From the NCBI GenBank assembly GCA_951406725.2, contig OX597840.1, positions 1,798,001 through 1,862,000 on the forward strand: a stretch of DNA of 64,000 nt, in the 5' to 3' direction. The notes under the pieces were generated by a model. It was not told where the DNA came from and made no database searches. It saw only the letters and a program-made list of their open reading frames with translations. How positions within the stretch are numbered: the first letter of the stretch is position 1; each line of letters starts with the position of its first letter. Source of the DNA: Octopus vulgaris. Its lineage: Eukaryota. The position numbers and the translations under genes were made by a program. Shown one piece after another: positions 26,894-40,362 of this stretch.

Positions 26894-27691
26894 TTAACAG
26901 AAGTTTTCCATTAATACATAATTTTCGTATCCAGTGATAACATTATAGAAAATGTTGATATATAGACAAAGATGTGGATTTAAATTTTAAGATCATTTGA
27001 GGTAGTGGAGTTTATCAACTGCCTGATTAAAATTCAGTTGCTCCGAACTACTGTAAGTTCTCTCTCTCTAAATATATATATGATCATATGTCTACTTATA
27101 TAAATTCACACACACACACACACATACATACATATGTATATATATATACATACAAACATATATATATATATATATTTGTTTGCATATTCGTTTATGTAAA
27201 CATACACATATATTTATGTACATATATATCCATCTATTTTAATCCGCATATCTATATCTATTTCCATACAACACACACACAAACACACGCAAACACACAC
27301 ACACATACACACACTACCATCACCACCACCAGCGACACCACATACATGTACCTACTTGCTTTTACCACGTAGAAGGACATTAAGTACCGAAGTATGGATT
27401 TCACAGCGATTCTCCAAAATGAATATTAATGTGAGTGGATAAATATCACCGTATAGTAACATAATACGAAAATAAGGGTGTGGAGATGTGTGTGTACTAA
27501 GATGATATACTGACAGTGAGATATGCCCATATTCGAAAGGATATCAGTGTCCAATGAAAAATAAATAACTGGTCATATGTGTATAATTCTTCATAATATA
27601 AATGGACGTGCATACATATCTATCTATCGGTCAAGTTAGTGTTGAGATATGGTGGTTTTCAGTTTAATGTTCCTAAGCAACAATCTATCTC

Positions 27692-27774
<83 letters not shown>

Positions 27775-28023
27775 GTCTATCTATCTGTCTGTCTGTCTGT
27801 CTGTCTATCTGTCTGTCTGTCTGTCTGTCTCTCTGTCTGTCTATCTATCTATCTATCTATCTATCTATCAATCTATCTATCTATATCTATCTATCTATAT
27901 ATATATATTTATATATATATATATATAATATACAGATATATGTATGTAAGTATGTATATATATATTATATATACACATATATACGGAGAGAGGTAAAGAA
28001 ATAGAGATAAAGAGATACATAGC

Positions 28024-28069
<46 letters not shown>

Positions 28070-28070
28070 C

Positions 28071-28149
<79 letters not shown>

Positions 28150-28199
28150 TAATCTATATATTTATATAAATATATATATATATATGTGTATATATATAC

Positions 28200-28277
<78 letters not shown>

Positions 28278-28546
28278 ATGTATATGTGTACAAAAATATA
28301 TGTGTATCTTTTATGTTTCCCTTGTTTTAGTCATTAGACTGCGCCCATGCTGTGGCACGGCCTTCTCAATTTTTCACTCGAATGAATCTATCGCAGTATT
28401 TATTGATATTTAAAAGCCTAGTACTTATCCTATCTGGGACTTAGACACAGATACACCGATACTTCAGCAGAGTTGTTGTGAAGCAGAGACACAGACATCA
28501 AATACACACACAAATATATATGTATATATATATATATATATATATA

Positions 28547-28733
28547 GGGAGAATTCACAGATAAATCAAAAGACTGAGACAGGTGGTGTAGACAACAAAC
28601 AGATGTATTAGTTTAACGCTCGGGAAGGGAAAAGGTCTTTACGGTTTAGAGACAACGATCTTCCACAGAAAGGAACACAGAAAGTAACAAGGAGAAAAAA
28701 TAAAGAACGTGTGGTGGCTAGCGATGTATCATG
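28547..28733 (-). mobile_element. Penelope-like terminal repeat (11863 family), diverged
   Basis: Homology to 11863-12053; appears to sit inside an old family A SINE (about 28310-29320). Confidence 0.75.
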
Positions 28734-29021
28734 TATGTATGTATGTATGTATGTATGTATGTATGTATGTATGTATGTATGTATGTATGTATGTATGTAT
28801 GTATGTATGTATGTATGTATGTATGTGTGTATGTGTGTGTATGTATGTATGTATGCATGCATGTATGCATGCATGTATGTATGTATGTATGTATGTATGT
28901 ATGTATGTATGTATGTATGTATGTATGTATGTATGTATGTATGTATGTATGTATGTATGTATGTATGTATGTATGTATCTGTCTGTGTCTATGCATGTAT
29001 GTATGTATATGCATATATATG

Positions 29022-29055
<34 letters not shown>

Positions 29056-29070
29056 CATATATATATGTAA

Positions 29071-29117
<47 letters not shown>

Positions 29118-29426
29118 TACACATGCATACATATATATGATGCGCTTCTTACAGTTTCTGTCTACGAACTGTGCTCACTACGTAGGTCCAAGTTTATAGT
29201 ATTCCGAGGCTACTATATTACTCAATGCGCCACACACTGCCGCTGAACCCAGATTCATGTTGCGTTGCTGGAAAGCAACCATCTTGCCACATACATACAA
29301 ACGCCAGCACCTATACTCCTGTATATGTGTGTCTGTGTGTCCATACATATGCTCATGTTTGTATATATATTCTCAACATATTTTCACATGCAACTGCACT
29401 TATACACAAACACGCAGATATCTACA

Positions 29427-29462
<36 letters not shown>

Positions 29463-29774
29463 TACACACACACTCACATACACACACACATCGTCATTCA
29501 TAAAGAAAACTGTAAAATCTGGCTGGTAAGCTTAATCTGAATATTTTAACGTTTACGGTTTGTGCAAACAATGCCGGAAAAACTTAAGGAGTAAATCCAT
29601 AATTTTGACTGTTTAGTGCATCTGGTAGTGATGTTATACGCTAGCTTACACTAGTAATTGGTTCAGAGCTTTATCGTTCACCGATTCTCATAATCTCGAC
29701 TGCCGTAGAAGAATCTAAGAAGGGATAAGCGAGGAATATCTTACAAATGCATCGTTTAAGTTGCAACAGCTGAA

Positions 29775-30315
29775 TATTGAGAGAGAAAGAGAGAGAGTAT
29801 TTGGGAAAGGAGATGAAAGAGAGGGAGAAGGGAGAAAGGGGGAGAAAGTGTTGGATCTGGAAAGGAAGAAATATGAGGCGAGAGAAATGTTGGGTGAGAG
29901 GCTGAGGAATGTGAAAGAGAAATGTTCGAAATAAAGACGTGAGATAGGGAGAGAAGGAGAAAAAGTAGGGGGGAAGAAAGTGAGAATGATACTGATAAAT
30001 CTAGAAAGAGACAGGGGTAGTAAAGACAAATATTGAGAGAGAGAGAGAAAATGAGAGAGAGAGAGACCAAAAAAGAGAGAGTATTTGGGAAAAGAGATGA
30101 AAGGGACGGAGATGGGAGAAAGAGGGATAAAGTGTTGAGTTTGGAAAGGGAGACATATGAAGAGATAGAAATGTTGGGTGAGAGGCTGAGGAATGAAAAA
30201 GAGAAATGTCGGAAATAAAGACGTGAGATAGGGAGAGAAGGAGAAAAAGTAGGGGGGAAGAAAGTGAGAATGAATGTGCTAACTCTAGAAAGAGACAGGG
30301 GTCAGTAAAGACAAA

Positions 30316-30350
<35 letters not shown>
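29775..30350 (+). repeat. Purine-rich tandem duplication, unit about 285 bp, 2 copies
   Basis: GTATTT..GGG...AGAAATGTTGGGTGAGAGGCTGAGGAATG...GTAAAGACAAATATTG repeated at 29797 and 30081. Confidence 0.85.
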
Positions 30351-30353
<3 letters not shown>

Positions 30354-31384
30354 AAGAAAAGGGAGAGCACTTACCTTTGAACAAAGACCAGAGGGAGGAG
30401 TAAGTGTGTGAGAGGGCGAAGAGAGAAGCGAGTGAAAGACAGAAAGAAATTTTAATCTAGAGATATAGACAAGCAGTGATGACGAATGAGTGGGGGACAA
30501 AGAAAAGTGGAAGAGAGAGGCAACATTGAAACAGGGAGACGAATGAGAGAAAGAGAGAGGGGAGAGAGAAGAGAATGAGAGAAAGAAAGTATTGAATCTA
30601 GACTGAAAATGAAACGAGTAAGAGAGAAAGATTGTGAGACAGAAGGAAAAAAGAAATTGAGAACATAGAAACAAAGTTAAGGGAGGCAGAGAGATGGAGT
30701 GAAGGGAGAGACGTAGAGAAGGGGTGAGTATTAAATGTAGAAAGGGATAAAGGTAAGTAGAGGGGGAGAGCGAGAAGGAGCGAGTGACCAAGTGAGTGAG
30801 CGAGGAAGAGAGAGAGAATGTGAGATAGAGAGAAAGAGATAGAGAGAGAGCAAAATCACTTCAAACTGGTGTGTGATGTAGGTAGGCAGATACACAGAAT
30901 AAGAGGGAATGAATAGAAAATAGACTGAAAGAGAGATAGAGAGGGGGAGAGAGAGAAAGAGAGAGAGAGAGAACGGATGTGTTAAATGTAGAAAAAGATA
31001 GAGACAAGTAGTGGTAAAGTGAGAGAGAAAGTGAAAGAGAAAGAGAGAGAGTAAGAGGGGGTTGAGCGAAAAAACTTTCAAGGTGGTATGTTATAGAGTA
31101 AGACATAGAAAGACTAAGAAAGAATGCGTAGGAAAAAGAGGAAGAATATACTAATTGGAGAAAGATGCAAAAAAAGAAGGAGCGACAGAGAGAAAGAAAC
31201 AGAGACAGCGTGAAAAAGAGGGAGATAGAGAGGGAGATAGAGAGGGAGAGAGATATGTAATAGGGATAGACAGATACAAAGAATGAATGAGAATTAGGGA
31301 GAAAGACAGAAGGAGAGAATGCATTGCATCTAGAAAGAGATACAGGCAGGCAGAGATGAAAGAGCGAGAGACAACGAAAGATAG

Positions 31385-32060
31385 AGAGAGAACGAAACAG
31401 ATTTCGGGCTGTTTGTGATAAAAGCGGACATATACAAAGAATAAAGCAGAAAGGGTGGAAAAGTGAAAGAAAGATTATGGTATTGTATTGAGAAATAGAT
31501 AAACGTAGGCGACGGTATAGGGAGAGCGAAGGCCAGAAAGACAGAGAGAGAACGAAAAAGATTTCAGGCTGTTTGTGATAGAGGCAGACATATACAAAGA
31601 ATAAGACAGAAAGGGTGGAAAAGTGAAAGAAAGCGTATGGTATTGTATTGAGAAATAGATAGACGTAGGCGACGGTATAGGGAGAGCGAAGGCCAGAAAG
31701 AGCCAGAGAGAACGAAAAAGATTTCAGGTTGATTGTGATAGAGGCAGACATATACAAAGAATAAGACAGAAAGGGTGGAAAAGTGAAAGAAAGATTATGG
31801 TATTGTATTGAGAAATAGATAGACGTAGGCGACGGTACAGGGAGAGCGAACTCCAGAAAGACAGAGAGAGAACGAAAAAGATTTCAGGCTGTTTGTGATA
31901 GAGGCGGAAATATACAAAGAATAAGGCAGAATGAGTGGAAAAGTGAAAGAAAGATTATGGTATGGTATTGAGAAATAGATAGACGAAGGCGACGGTACAG
32001 GGAGAGCGAAGTCACAAAGAGCCAGAAAGAGCGAATATTTTAAGCTGTTATGTAATAAAC
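31385..32060 (+). repeat. 160-bp tandem array, about 4.2 copies
   Basis: AACGAAA.AGATTTC at 31391, 31551, 31711 and 31871. Confidence 0.92.
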
Positions 32061-32471
32061 GTACCAAAGAGAAAAAGGAAGAGAGTGAAAAAAGATTGTA
32101 TTACATCTTAAGAGATATAGGTAGAAGCATAGGCAATGAGTGAGAATAAGCGAGAAAAGGGACGAATGTATGCTAGTAAGGAAAAGCGACTGCACGCACA
32201 TCTATGGTGGCTTATGTAAATTTTAATGGCCACAGGATTTAGTGATGTATAAGAAATATTAATGGATCATGGGCGCACGCGTGTGCGGATATATGTGGCC
32301 GTGTGTGTATGGATATCTGTATGTGTGAATAGGTACGTTTTTTTATGCATGTAGATGTGTAGGAGTTGTGTGTGTGTGTGTGTTTGTGTGTTGGATTTTA
32401 TCAATGTGCATTATGACGTTTACGAGTGTTTAAACATGTGTGGTTTCTATAATATAGATGTAGTGTATATG

Positions 32472-32524
<53 letters not shown>

Positions 32525-32529
32525 ATGTG

Positions 32530-32586
<57 letters not shown>

Positions 32587-32708
32587 ATATATACAGGTAA
32601 TTCCCAATAAATGTTTTGAGCGCCTTTCTTTCGTTTGTCCATTCGTACATATATATATATATTTATATGTGTATATATATACATATACATATGAGTATAT
32701 ATTTATAC

Positions 32709-32750
<42 letters not shown>

Positions 32751-32790
32751 ACACATATATATATATATATATTTATATACACATACACAA

Positions 32791-32828
<38 letters not shown>

Positions 32829-32967
32829 GTATGTGTTTATATATGTATGTATATTATTTCGTGATGTGCAAATATATACCACGAGTTTCCATTCAGAAAT
32901 ACTCATTCGATTATATTTTTGTATTTGCTGAAATAGAATACCCGTATATCTGTTAATACCTAAAACT

Positions 32968-33009
<42 letters not shown>

Positions 33010-33020
33010 GTATATATATG

Positions 33021-33078
<58 letters not shown>

Positions 33079-33726
33079 TGTATATATGATATGTATACAT
33101 ATGTGAGTGTACGTATGTATATATTTATATATGAATGTGCGTATATATGTACGTATACATGTGTGTGTGTGTAAGTATGTATGTATATTTATAGAAATTT
33201 CTGATGACAAAAACGTTTGCTCTGACCACTTCTACAGCGACGGCTGTTAACACGTCCAAGTATACAGGACTGTACTAAATGTGCTTCCACACTCATATTT
33301 CATTCAATGCTGTTTGTTCGACTCTAGTTAACTATTTAATACACACGTGCATACATATACCCACACAAACACGCAACACATACACACGTCTGTCTTTATA
33401 TTCTTTTTCAAAATATTTATCATCGTCCACATTATGGTACTATTCTTGAAATACATCCATGCGAAAAGACAGTACTTCACCAAAAGTCTTGAGACATAGG
33501 CCAATTAAATCTGAACATAACGAATTCATAACAATTAAACTAACGTCGAAAACATTTCTTCAATGGAAACTCCGTAAGAATTTATTGATAAACCAAGCTT
33601 CAGCTGTCCCAACACTTATATTAACAGCAGTATAGGTACTGGAAAATTTTAACGTTTCGTCGATTTCAACAAATAAATCACCATTGATTTATGAACGTGT
33701 ATTTCAGTGTGTATGTGTTTGTGTGC

Positions 33727-33785
<59 letters not shown>

Positions 33786-33787
<2 letters not shown>

Positions 33788-33985
33788 GAGAGTTTACAAA
33801 AAAACAAAAGACGGAGATAGGTGGTGTAGGAAACAAACAGATGTATTTGTATAACGCTCGGGAACTGAAAAAGTCTTTTAGGTTTCGAGCCTACGCTCTT
33901 CCACAGGAAGGAACACCGAAAGAGACAAGGAGTGAAACAAGGAGAGAAAATCAATATGTGTAGTGACTACCGATTTATCATGGCG
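33786..33985 (-). mobile_element. Penelope-like terminal repeat (11863 family)
   Basis: Homology to 11863-12053; CTGTGGAAGAGCGTAGGCTCGAAAC on the minus strand; flanked by (TA)n. Confidence 0.8.
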
Positions 33986-33996
33986 ACTGGATATAT

Positions 33997-34043
<47 letters not shown>

Positions 34044-37000
34044 GACACGCACACAAATACATATACACACACACAAACAATAGGAATGTATCCCGACGTT
34101 GCCTGGGTGTTATGACCTACAGCAACATCGTACCATGTGTTTTTTTATTACAGGTTGAATCTGTACAGCTAATATATAGTTATTTGCATAATGGAACTTA
34201 AAATAGGCGTCAATACGACTTTGTGAAGAAATTACGCTTTCAAAATTTTAATTCCCCGCGTCCATCCCCGCCGTAATTTCTTAATTTGTAACTTCTTTTA
34301 GAGAAACATGCAGAAATTACAAATCTGGGAAATATATGTATATTTTTTATAGGTTAATTTTTCTTAAAGAAGCACTCAGTGCCCCTTGCTTCAACTCACC
34401 CACCCAACACCTACCCGCTTTCAAAAAGCTAAATTCACGCAATATTTCACTTTTGTTTACTGTTTCCCGCGTACGTAGAATTCTACTGAAATAGCAGACG
34501 TAAGTAATACCAGACCACGAACAAAAAACCCGATATGCTAGAAACAACAGGTAAACGACATTATTTTTGAAGAAACTTCCTCGCTTTCCAAAAAGCTAAA
34601 AGTGAAACATTCGGAGCGTGTAGCTTTTTCAAAGCGATGAGGTGATAGGTAAAATTCTTAAAGATTCGTAGTCTCTGTTTCTTTCTCTATGGATTACCAA
34701 GAATAAAAAATTTGAAAAAAGTAAACAACGAATTTGGTGTGGAGAGGGAGAAAATATAGGGAACGTGTTTTTTCGCTGAAATTCTAATCTCCGGTATCGC
34801 AAGCATAGGAGTCGGAAGAAATTTAGGAAAAAACAAACAAACGGTGGGGACGGAAACCTCACCTCGGACACGCTAGAACGAAAAGGTAAAGGATATGATT
34901 TCTGGAAAAACTTCCTTTAAGTTTCTTTCGAAAATTCAGGTTTTTAAATACCCTCGTCATAAACAGAAATTACACAATAAAAAAGATGATATCAGTTGGA
35001 TTTGATCTGTAAAGTTGCGCGTGCACACAGCAAGAAGTAACATAATTCGTACAGAAGTTTTACCTAGTGCGTGTATGTGAGTCAATATCTGTGTGTGTAT
35101 GTGTGTGTGTGTGTGTACATGTTTGTGTCAAAGGATGTTATGTTATGGCATTCTTTCGTCTGAAGAAGCAAAGTTGACAGCTCGATCATGTGGGTTAGTA
35201 GCCCGTGCTCTTAACCACTTCACCACGAGCGTATGGCGTAGCAGTAAAATAACCTCAAAATTGTGTGACCCAACCACATTTCCGAGGTTATTTTAGTTGT
35301 AAGAAACAGTCGTTGTGTCAAAAACATAGTTCAATTGGTCGACTGATAGATAATAAGCTGCTTTCTTTATTATAATACAGATAGGCGCAGGAGTGGCTGT
35401 GTGGTAAGTAGCTTGCTACCTCATTGCGCACGTGCGAATCAGAGTTGTGTTTGACACTGAAGCTGTAAGACGTGTTTTTGAAACCGTCTTAAATTGAAGA
35501 TTTTTGAAACTCAGCTTTAAGGTAAGACTTTTTTCCGTCTAGTGGGGACCTGTTGTTTACAGCAATTATTTTTTTCAAAACAAGAAGTCCTCACTAGACC
35601 CTAGTCTGCCTGAGGCTGAGTGAAAACTTTTCTTCGCTTAAGTGTGAACATTATTGGTTTGGTGGGCGTATCCTGCCGCAAAATTTTGTTTGAAAATTTG
35701 TCCAGGAATAACTCCGTGGGAATTTTTAGAAAAATTTCCACAATATTGTTCCAGTTAAGGAGTGCCTACGAAAAGAAAATTGGAATGGTTTTTTAACTGG
35801 TTAACAATTGCATTAAAATTTTGGCCTGTTGTATCGAGTGGCGTTTTCTGTGCTTTGAACTGTTGCTCTCTTTGTATATATAACCTAGGTATAGTATTAA
35901 ACTACGTCTGATGCTCACACCTCACCTTGGAAGTTCTGCTATTGTGGGCAGCGTGGAGTAACATTTTCATTACTATTACTCCCAGAACTGTTCTGACCCG
36001 GAATGGTAAAACATTCCAGGGATAAGCTACCCAGAGGTAGAGGTGGGGGCTACCGTTATTTTCAGCAATATTATGTGGAAGATTGTGTTAGGAGTAATAT
36101 ACTGTAACATAAAACAAACTGCCAAATTAGTACCATTTATCTTGCAATGCTTGTCACTGGACCCTATTATGGTGACTGAGAGCGTTATAAAAGGGTTTTA
36201 CAAGCTTTTGTCACTTATATCCAGTGAAGGACAGATGCCTCGCTATAAATGTGAAGCAGCTATCATTTGACAAGATGAATCACATTTGGATAATCGTGAT
36301 TACAAATTCTATACTTCACTTTAAAAACCACAATTGAACTTCACAGAAAAAGAATTGTTTTCATGTGATATTTCAACACATCCACTGCAGATATTGTTGC
36401 CATTTGCAAACATATTCACTTATCCTTCAACGCGTGTTTCCATAATTCAGCTTCCGTCGAATACACACCTATATCTCTGTGATCGCACCATTTATCTCAA
36501 CGTTTCACTGAAATCGTTTTCTCTCTCAAATGTCTAAAGTAAAGTCTCTCAATTCACTATCAGATATTACCACCTCTATTTCGTTTTCTAAACAACTTCA
36601 ATCCAACTGCACACAATTTTGCAAAACAATTCACACCAATTTCACACTGTTGGATTTATAACATATCGTACGCAAGAAAAATATCCTATAATCCGATAGA
36701 TCCTTATGCAGAACAAAGCTATATTCAACCGTAAATTTTATACATTAGCATGGTATAGAAGGTTTTGACAAAAGCCTGCTCTGTTTATTGACTGTGTATA
36801 TAAGATTATCTGCACGCCAATATTCTATATATCGATGGCGCTTGTACCATCCGTAATGCATTACGGAATAGATCACCTATGGCTACAGACTTTTTCAAAT
36901 ATTCAGGCGAAATATTATTGTTGCAGATAACCTCAAGAGTGGTGACTTCTTACATGATTCCCTTAATCTCAATATTTTCGAGTTTTTTTTTGTTTTTTTT

Positions 37001-37241
37001 ACCATACATTAATAATTTTAAATCCCATCCACAAGATATCAGAAAACCAGTTAAGTATATTTGTCTCTGGTTCGCCAAACTCACCTCCAACAGAAAAAAA
37101 GCTTCCTCCAGATGATTCAAAATATTATATCAATACCTTCAAGCAAATTCGAGAACAAGAATAAGATATTTTGATGTCAGTATTTTACGATCATCCACAC
37201 AAACGTATACACACGCATACATGTATATATATATTTATATA

Positions 37242-37353
<112 letters not shown>

Positions 37354-37471
37354 GTAGAAATATGTTACGAAAAGAAAATATATAATACACGTTGAAATGT
37401 AAGGGTAAAATATGAAAAATCAACGAAAATGCATATTGCAAATAGAAAAAGGCTATTTATGACAGGTAGTG

Positions 37472-37510
<39 letters not shown>

Positions 37511-37513
<3 letters not shown>

Positions 37514-37935
37514 TTGGAGAGAAGATTTATTTTCTCAAAGAGTTAAGATTGAGAAAAGAAACATTTTTAGAAAGTTGAAAGACACTAACCTTTGGGAAAA
37601 GATCTGCTTTTATAGATGTGCAAGCGCTTTCAGTTTGTAACGTTTTCAAGCACATGTTATTACACATAGTGAACGTTGTTTGCAGTAAAATTGTTGTTGA
37701 CTATTTCTTTTTTAGTTTCGGACTAAACAGGAAATATTTTTTCCCTTCCGGAGAAGGTCGTTCCCTTCATTTATTTTATGAAGAGGGAAAATTGTAAATT
37801 TTCGTTGTATAAAGGGGCTCAAATGATCGGTACATGGTATGCATCTAAGGGTGGTATGTTTTATTAGATGTCTGTGCACAATAACTCGGTTGGTTTTCGC
37901 AATCTCTTTGAGAAAAAAATCTTCTCTCCAAATAT
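37511..37935. mobile_element. Penelope-like fragment with inverted ends of about 33 bp
   Basis: TATTTGGAGAGAAGATTT..TTTTCTCAAAGAG pairs with CTCTTTGAGAAAAAAATCTTCTCTCCAAATA; contains a hammerhead and a second GAAACTA...TAGTC half-site near 37695-37720. Confidence 0.7.
37616..37655 (-). ncRNA. Minimal hammerhead, U3:A8 core variant
   Basis: ATGTGC-TTGAAAA-CGTT ACA AACT-GAAA-GCGC-TT-GCACAT: 6-bp stem I, palindromic AGCGCU stem III. Confidence 0.75.
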
Positions 37936-37979
37936 TATAACTGCATCGGGGAATTTCCAAAACACTCCAGATATATATA

Positions 37980-38190
37980 TATCTTATATAAAATCCGTTC
38001 TATCTGTCTGTCTGTCTGTGTGTCTTCTAGAATCTCGACCATCCTCCATCCGATTGCGCTCAAATTTGATATGTAGATACACACGGTGTTAGGGGATGTA
38101 AAAATCTTGCAAAAATTTAAACAATTGATCACAAGTGAGAATGCGATCGATAAAGCCGTGGGGAATAGAAATAAAAGTCTATGTTTATTT
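37980..38190 (+). mobile_element. Helitron-like non-autonomous 5' end
   Basis: TCTTATATAAAATCCGTTCTATCTGTCTGTCTG...CCGATTGCGCTCAAATTTG; the same start recurs at about 60303. Confidence 0.55.
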
Positions 38191-38325
38191 CTTTTGTTCA
38201 AATTTAGGTTAAATCAGTGTTTCTCAAAGGGGGGGGGGGCTATGGGACGGTCGGACAAGTTGTTTCGAGAAAATTTGGTTTATATATTTTACAACTCAGC
38301 ACCGTCCTTTGGACGGGGGGCGCTC

Positions 38326-38363
<38 letters not shown>

Positions 38364-38392
38364 GTGTGTGTGTGTGTATGTATATATATATA

Positions 38393-38444
<52 letters not shown>

Positions 38445-38795
38445 TGGTATATTCCGTGACGAATATATGTTTGGGTTATAAGATGTGTGTCAATATAAAA
38501 CTGAAGAACTCGGTATCAATAAGGTATACGTTTCGACAGTTATTTTTTAATCACTACAATTATCTTTTAATTGTAGTGTTTAAAAATTAACTGTCGAACT
38601 GTCCACATAGAACTCCTTCTTGTAGAGTCCAATTTCTTCAATCATATATATATATGTATATATATGTATATATATATATATATATATACACACACATATA
38701 TATATATATATATGCACGTAAATATATATTATATATATATATACATATATATATATTATATATACATATACATATATATATATATATATATATAC

Positions 38796-38874
<79 letters not shown>

Positions 38875-38878
<4 letters not shown>

Positions 38879-39487
38879 TAAAGATTATTTGCCAACATAA
38901 TGTGGCAGTCCTGCTTAGGAGGATTGTCATTGTTAAATAGCCCTAGGAAATGCCGTTTCCAGATGGCTACATGACACGCTATCTGCATTTTTCTATTTTC
39001 GAATGAGGAAGTTTAGCGTCCCCATTCTGCTCAAAGCAATTGCTAAATAACAGTAAGAATCGTCATTACCAGGACCTCCACATTATGTTGGCAAATAATC
39101 TTTAGTCTAGAATATTCTTACTGAATGTCTCTCGTTCAGAGATTTAGGAATAATAATTCGCTATTTATTAGATCAGTGAGGGTGTGTCATTTTGAGAAGT
39201 ATATAACACGAGTTTAGTGGCGGCATCTCTAGCCGAGAAATTATTCTGTGCCGATGAAGTGAAATAACCCAGAAACCATTGGTACGCAGATATTGTTTCC
39301 AGCTGAGTGGAGACACTAAACTCTCTTTTTCGAAAATATAATTCCACAGACGCTTCGTCATACAGTCAGCTGGAGACGATGTTTCCTAAATAACAGTAAC
39401 ATTTTTCCTATCCAGGACTTCCACATTATGTTGGCAAATATTCATTACTCTAGGGTATTGTTACAGAACGTCTCTCGTTCAGAGATT
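38875..39487 (+). mobile_element. Penelope-like partial tandem with an inverted segment
   Basis: CAGGAC.TCCACATTATGTTGGCAAATA occurs direct at about 39070 and 39413 and inverted at about 38885; a hammerhead lies between the direct copies. Confidence 0.7.
39245..39290 (+). ncRNA. Hammerhead motif, core CCGAUGA
   Basis: TCTGTG-CCGATGA-AGTG AAATAA CCCA-GAAA-CCA T TGG-TA-CGCAGA; stem II is degenerate. Confidence 0.68.
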
Positions 39488-39529
39488 TGAAAATAATAAT
39501 TTACTATTCATATATATATATATATAATC

Positions 39530-39739
39530 TATGGACGCACGCAGTTACGGAGTGGTACCCGCGTGAGCGGAAAAGACCACCCGGAAGACCTCCACGACGA
39601 TGGAGTAACGATTTCAGGAGGACGATTGGGATCACGTGGATGAGAAAGGCGCGATCCAGAGAGGAGTGGACAGCGTGCTGTGACCAGCGGTGTCAAATGG
39701 ATGCCTGACGGACCGGTCGGTCAAGGTGATCAAGGTGAT
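39530..39739 (+). mobile_element. RTE-clade LINE 3' end
   Basis: WTHAVTEWYPRERKRPPGRPPRRWSND...WMRKARSREEW; short 3' UTR ending (TCAAGGTGA)2. Confidence 0.88.
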
Positions 39740-39790
39740 ATATATATATGTATGTTGTGTATGTATATATATATATGTATGTATGTATAT

Positions 39791-40018
39791 GAATTAGAGA
39801 ACCACCATGTAGCATTTCAACAATGATATAATTAAATCATACCTTATAGAAAAAAACATTGAATATACGATCAAAAATTAAAGTATGAAATAATAAATAA
39901 ATATTATATAATTAGTAAATAGACCAAGGAGTTATCTATCTATCAATCTATCTATATTTAGTTTTAATGATTTAATTATATCATTGGTGAATTGCTACAT
40001 AGTGGCTCTTCACTAATT
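39791..40018. repeat. Unit with inverted ends of about 50 bp in TA microsatellite
   Basis: CCAC.ATGTAGCA.TTCA.CAATGATATAATTAAATCAT at 39802-39840 is complementary to 39968-40006. Confidence 0.7.
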
Positions 40019-40035
40019 TATATACATATATTATA

Positions 40036-40176
40036 TAAGGTTGTCCCAAAAGTTCGTAGAAAGTCTTGGAAAATAATGGTTTTTATTTTGAGGAATAAAT
40101 TTTGTTGTTTTTGTTAGTACTTGGCGAGTAAAAATTCAATTTTCGCAAGTGTTTACGAACTTTTGGGACAATCTAA
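40036..40176. mobile_element. mariner-type MITE
   Basis: TIRs TAAGGTTGTCCCAAAAGTTCGTA and TACGAACTTTTGGGACAATCTAA, with TA on both sides. Confidence 0.85.
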
Positions 40177-40297
40177 TATATTGTGAAATTTGATTTAGTA
40201 TTACCAAATTGAATTTTTCCATGTAAGTTTGGAATCATATTCCCTAATATTATTATTGTTATATATATGATACGCACACACTCAAACACACAAACAC

Positions 40298-40362
<65 letters not shown>

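Noticed and set aside
31385-32060. Regularly spaced repeats as a CRISPR-like array
   Set aside because: The entire 160-bp unit repeats with no unique spacers, the context is eukaryotic and no cas genes are present.
33195-33225. CTGATGA followed by AAAACGTT as a hammerhead (similar isolated cores near 14615, 35161 and 61160)
   Set aside because: There is no stem II plus GAAA and no stem I complement.
38520-38600. Hairpin followed by GAAACGTA on the minus strand (similar half-site near 47855-47875)
   Set aside because: Only the 3' half of a hammerhead is present and no core was found, so these were not counted as ribozymes.
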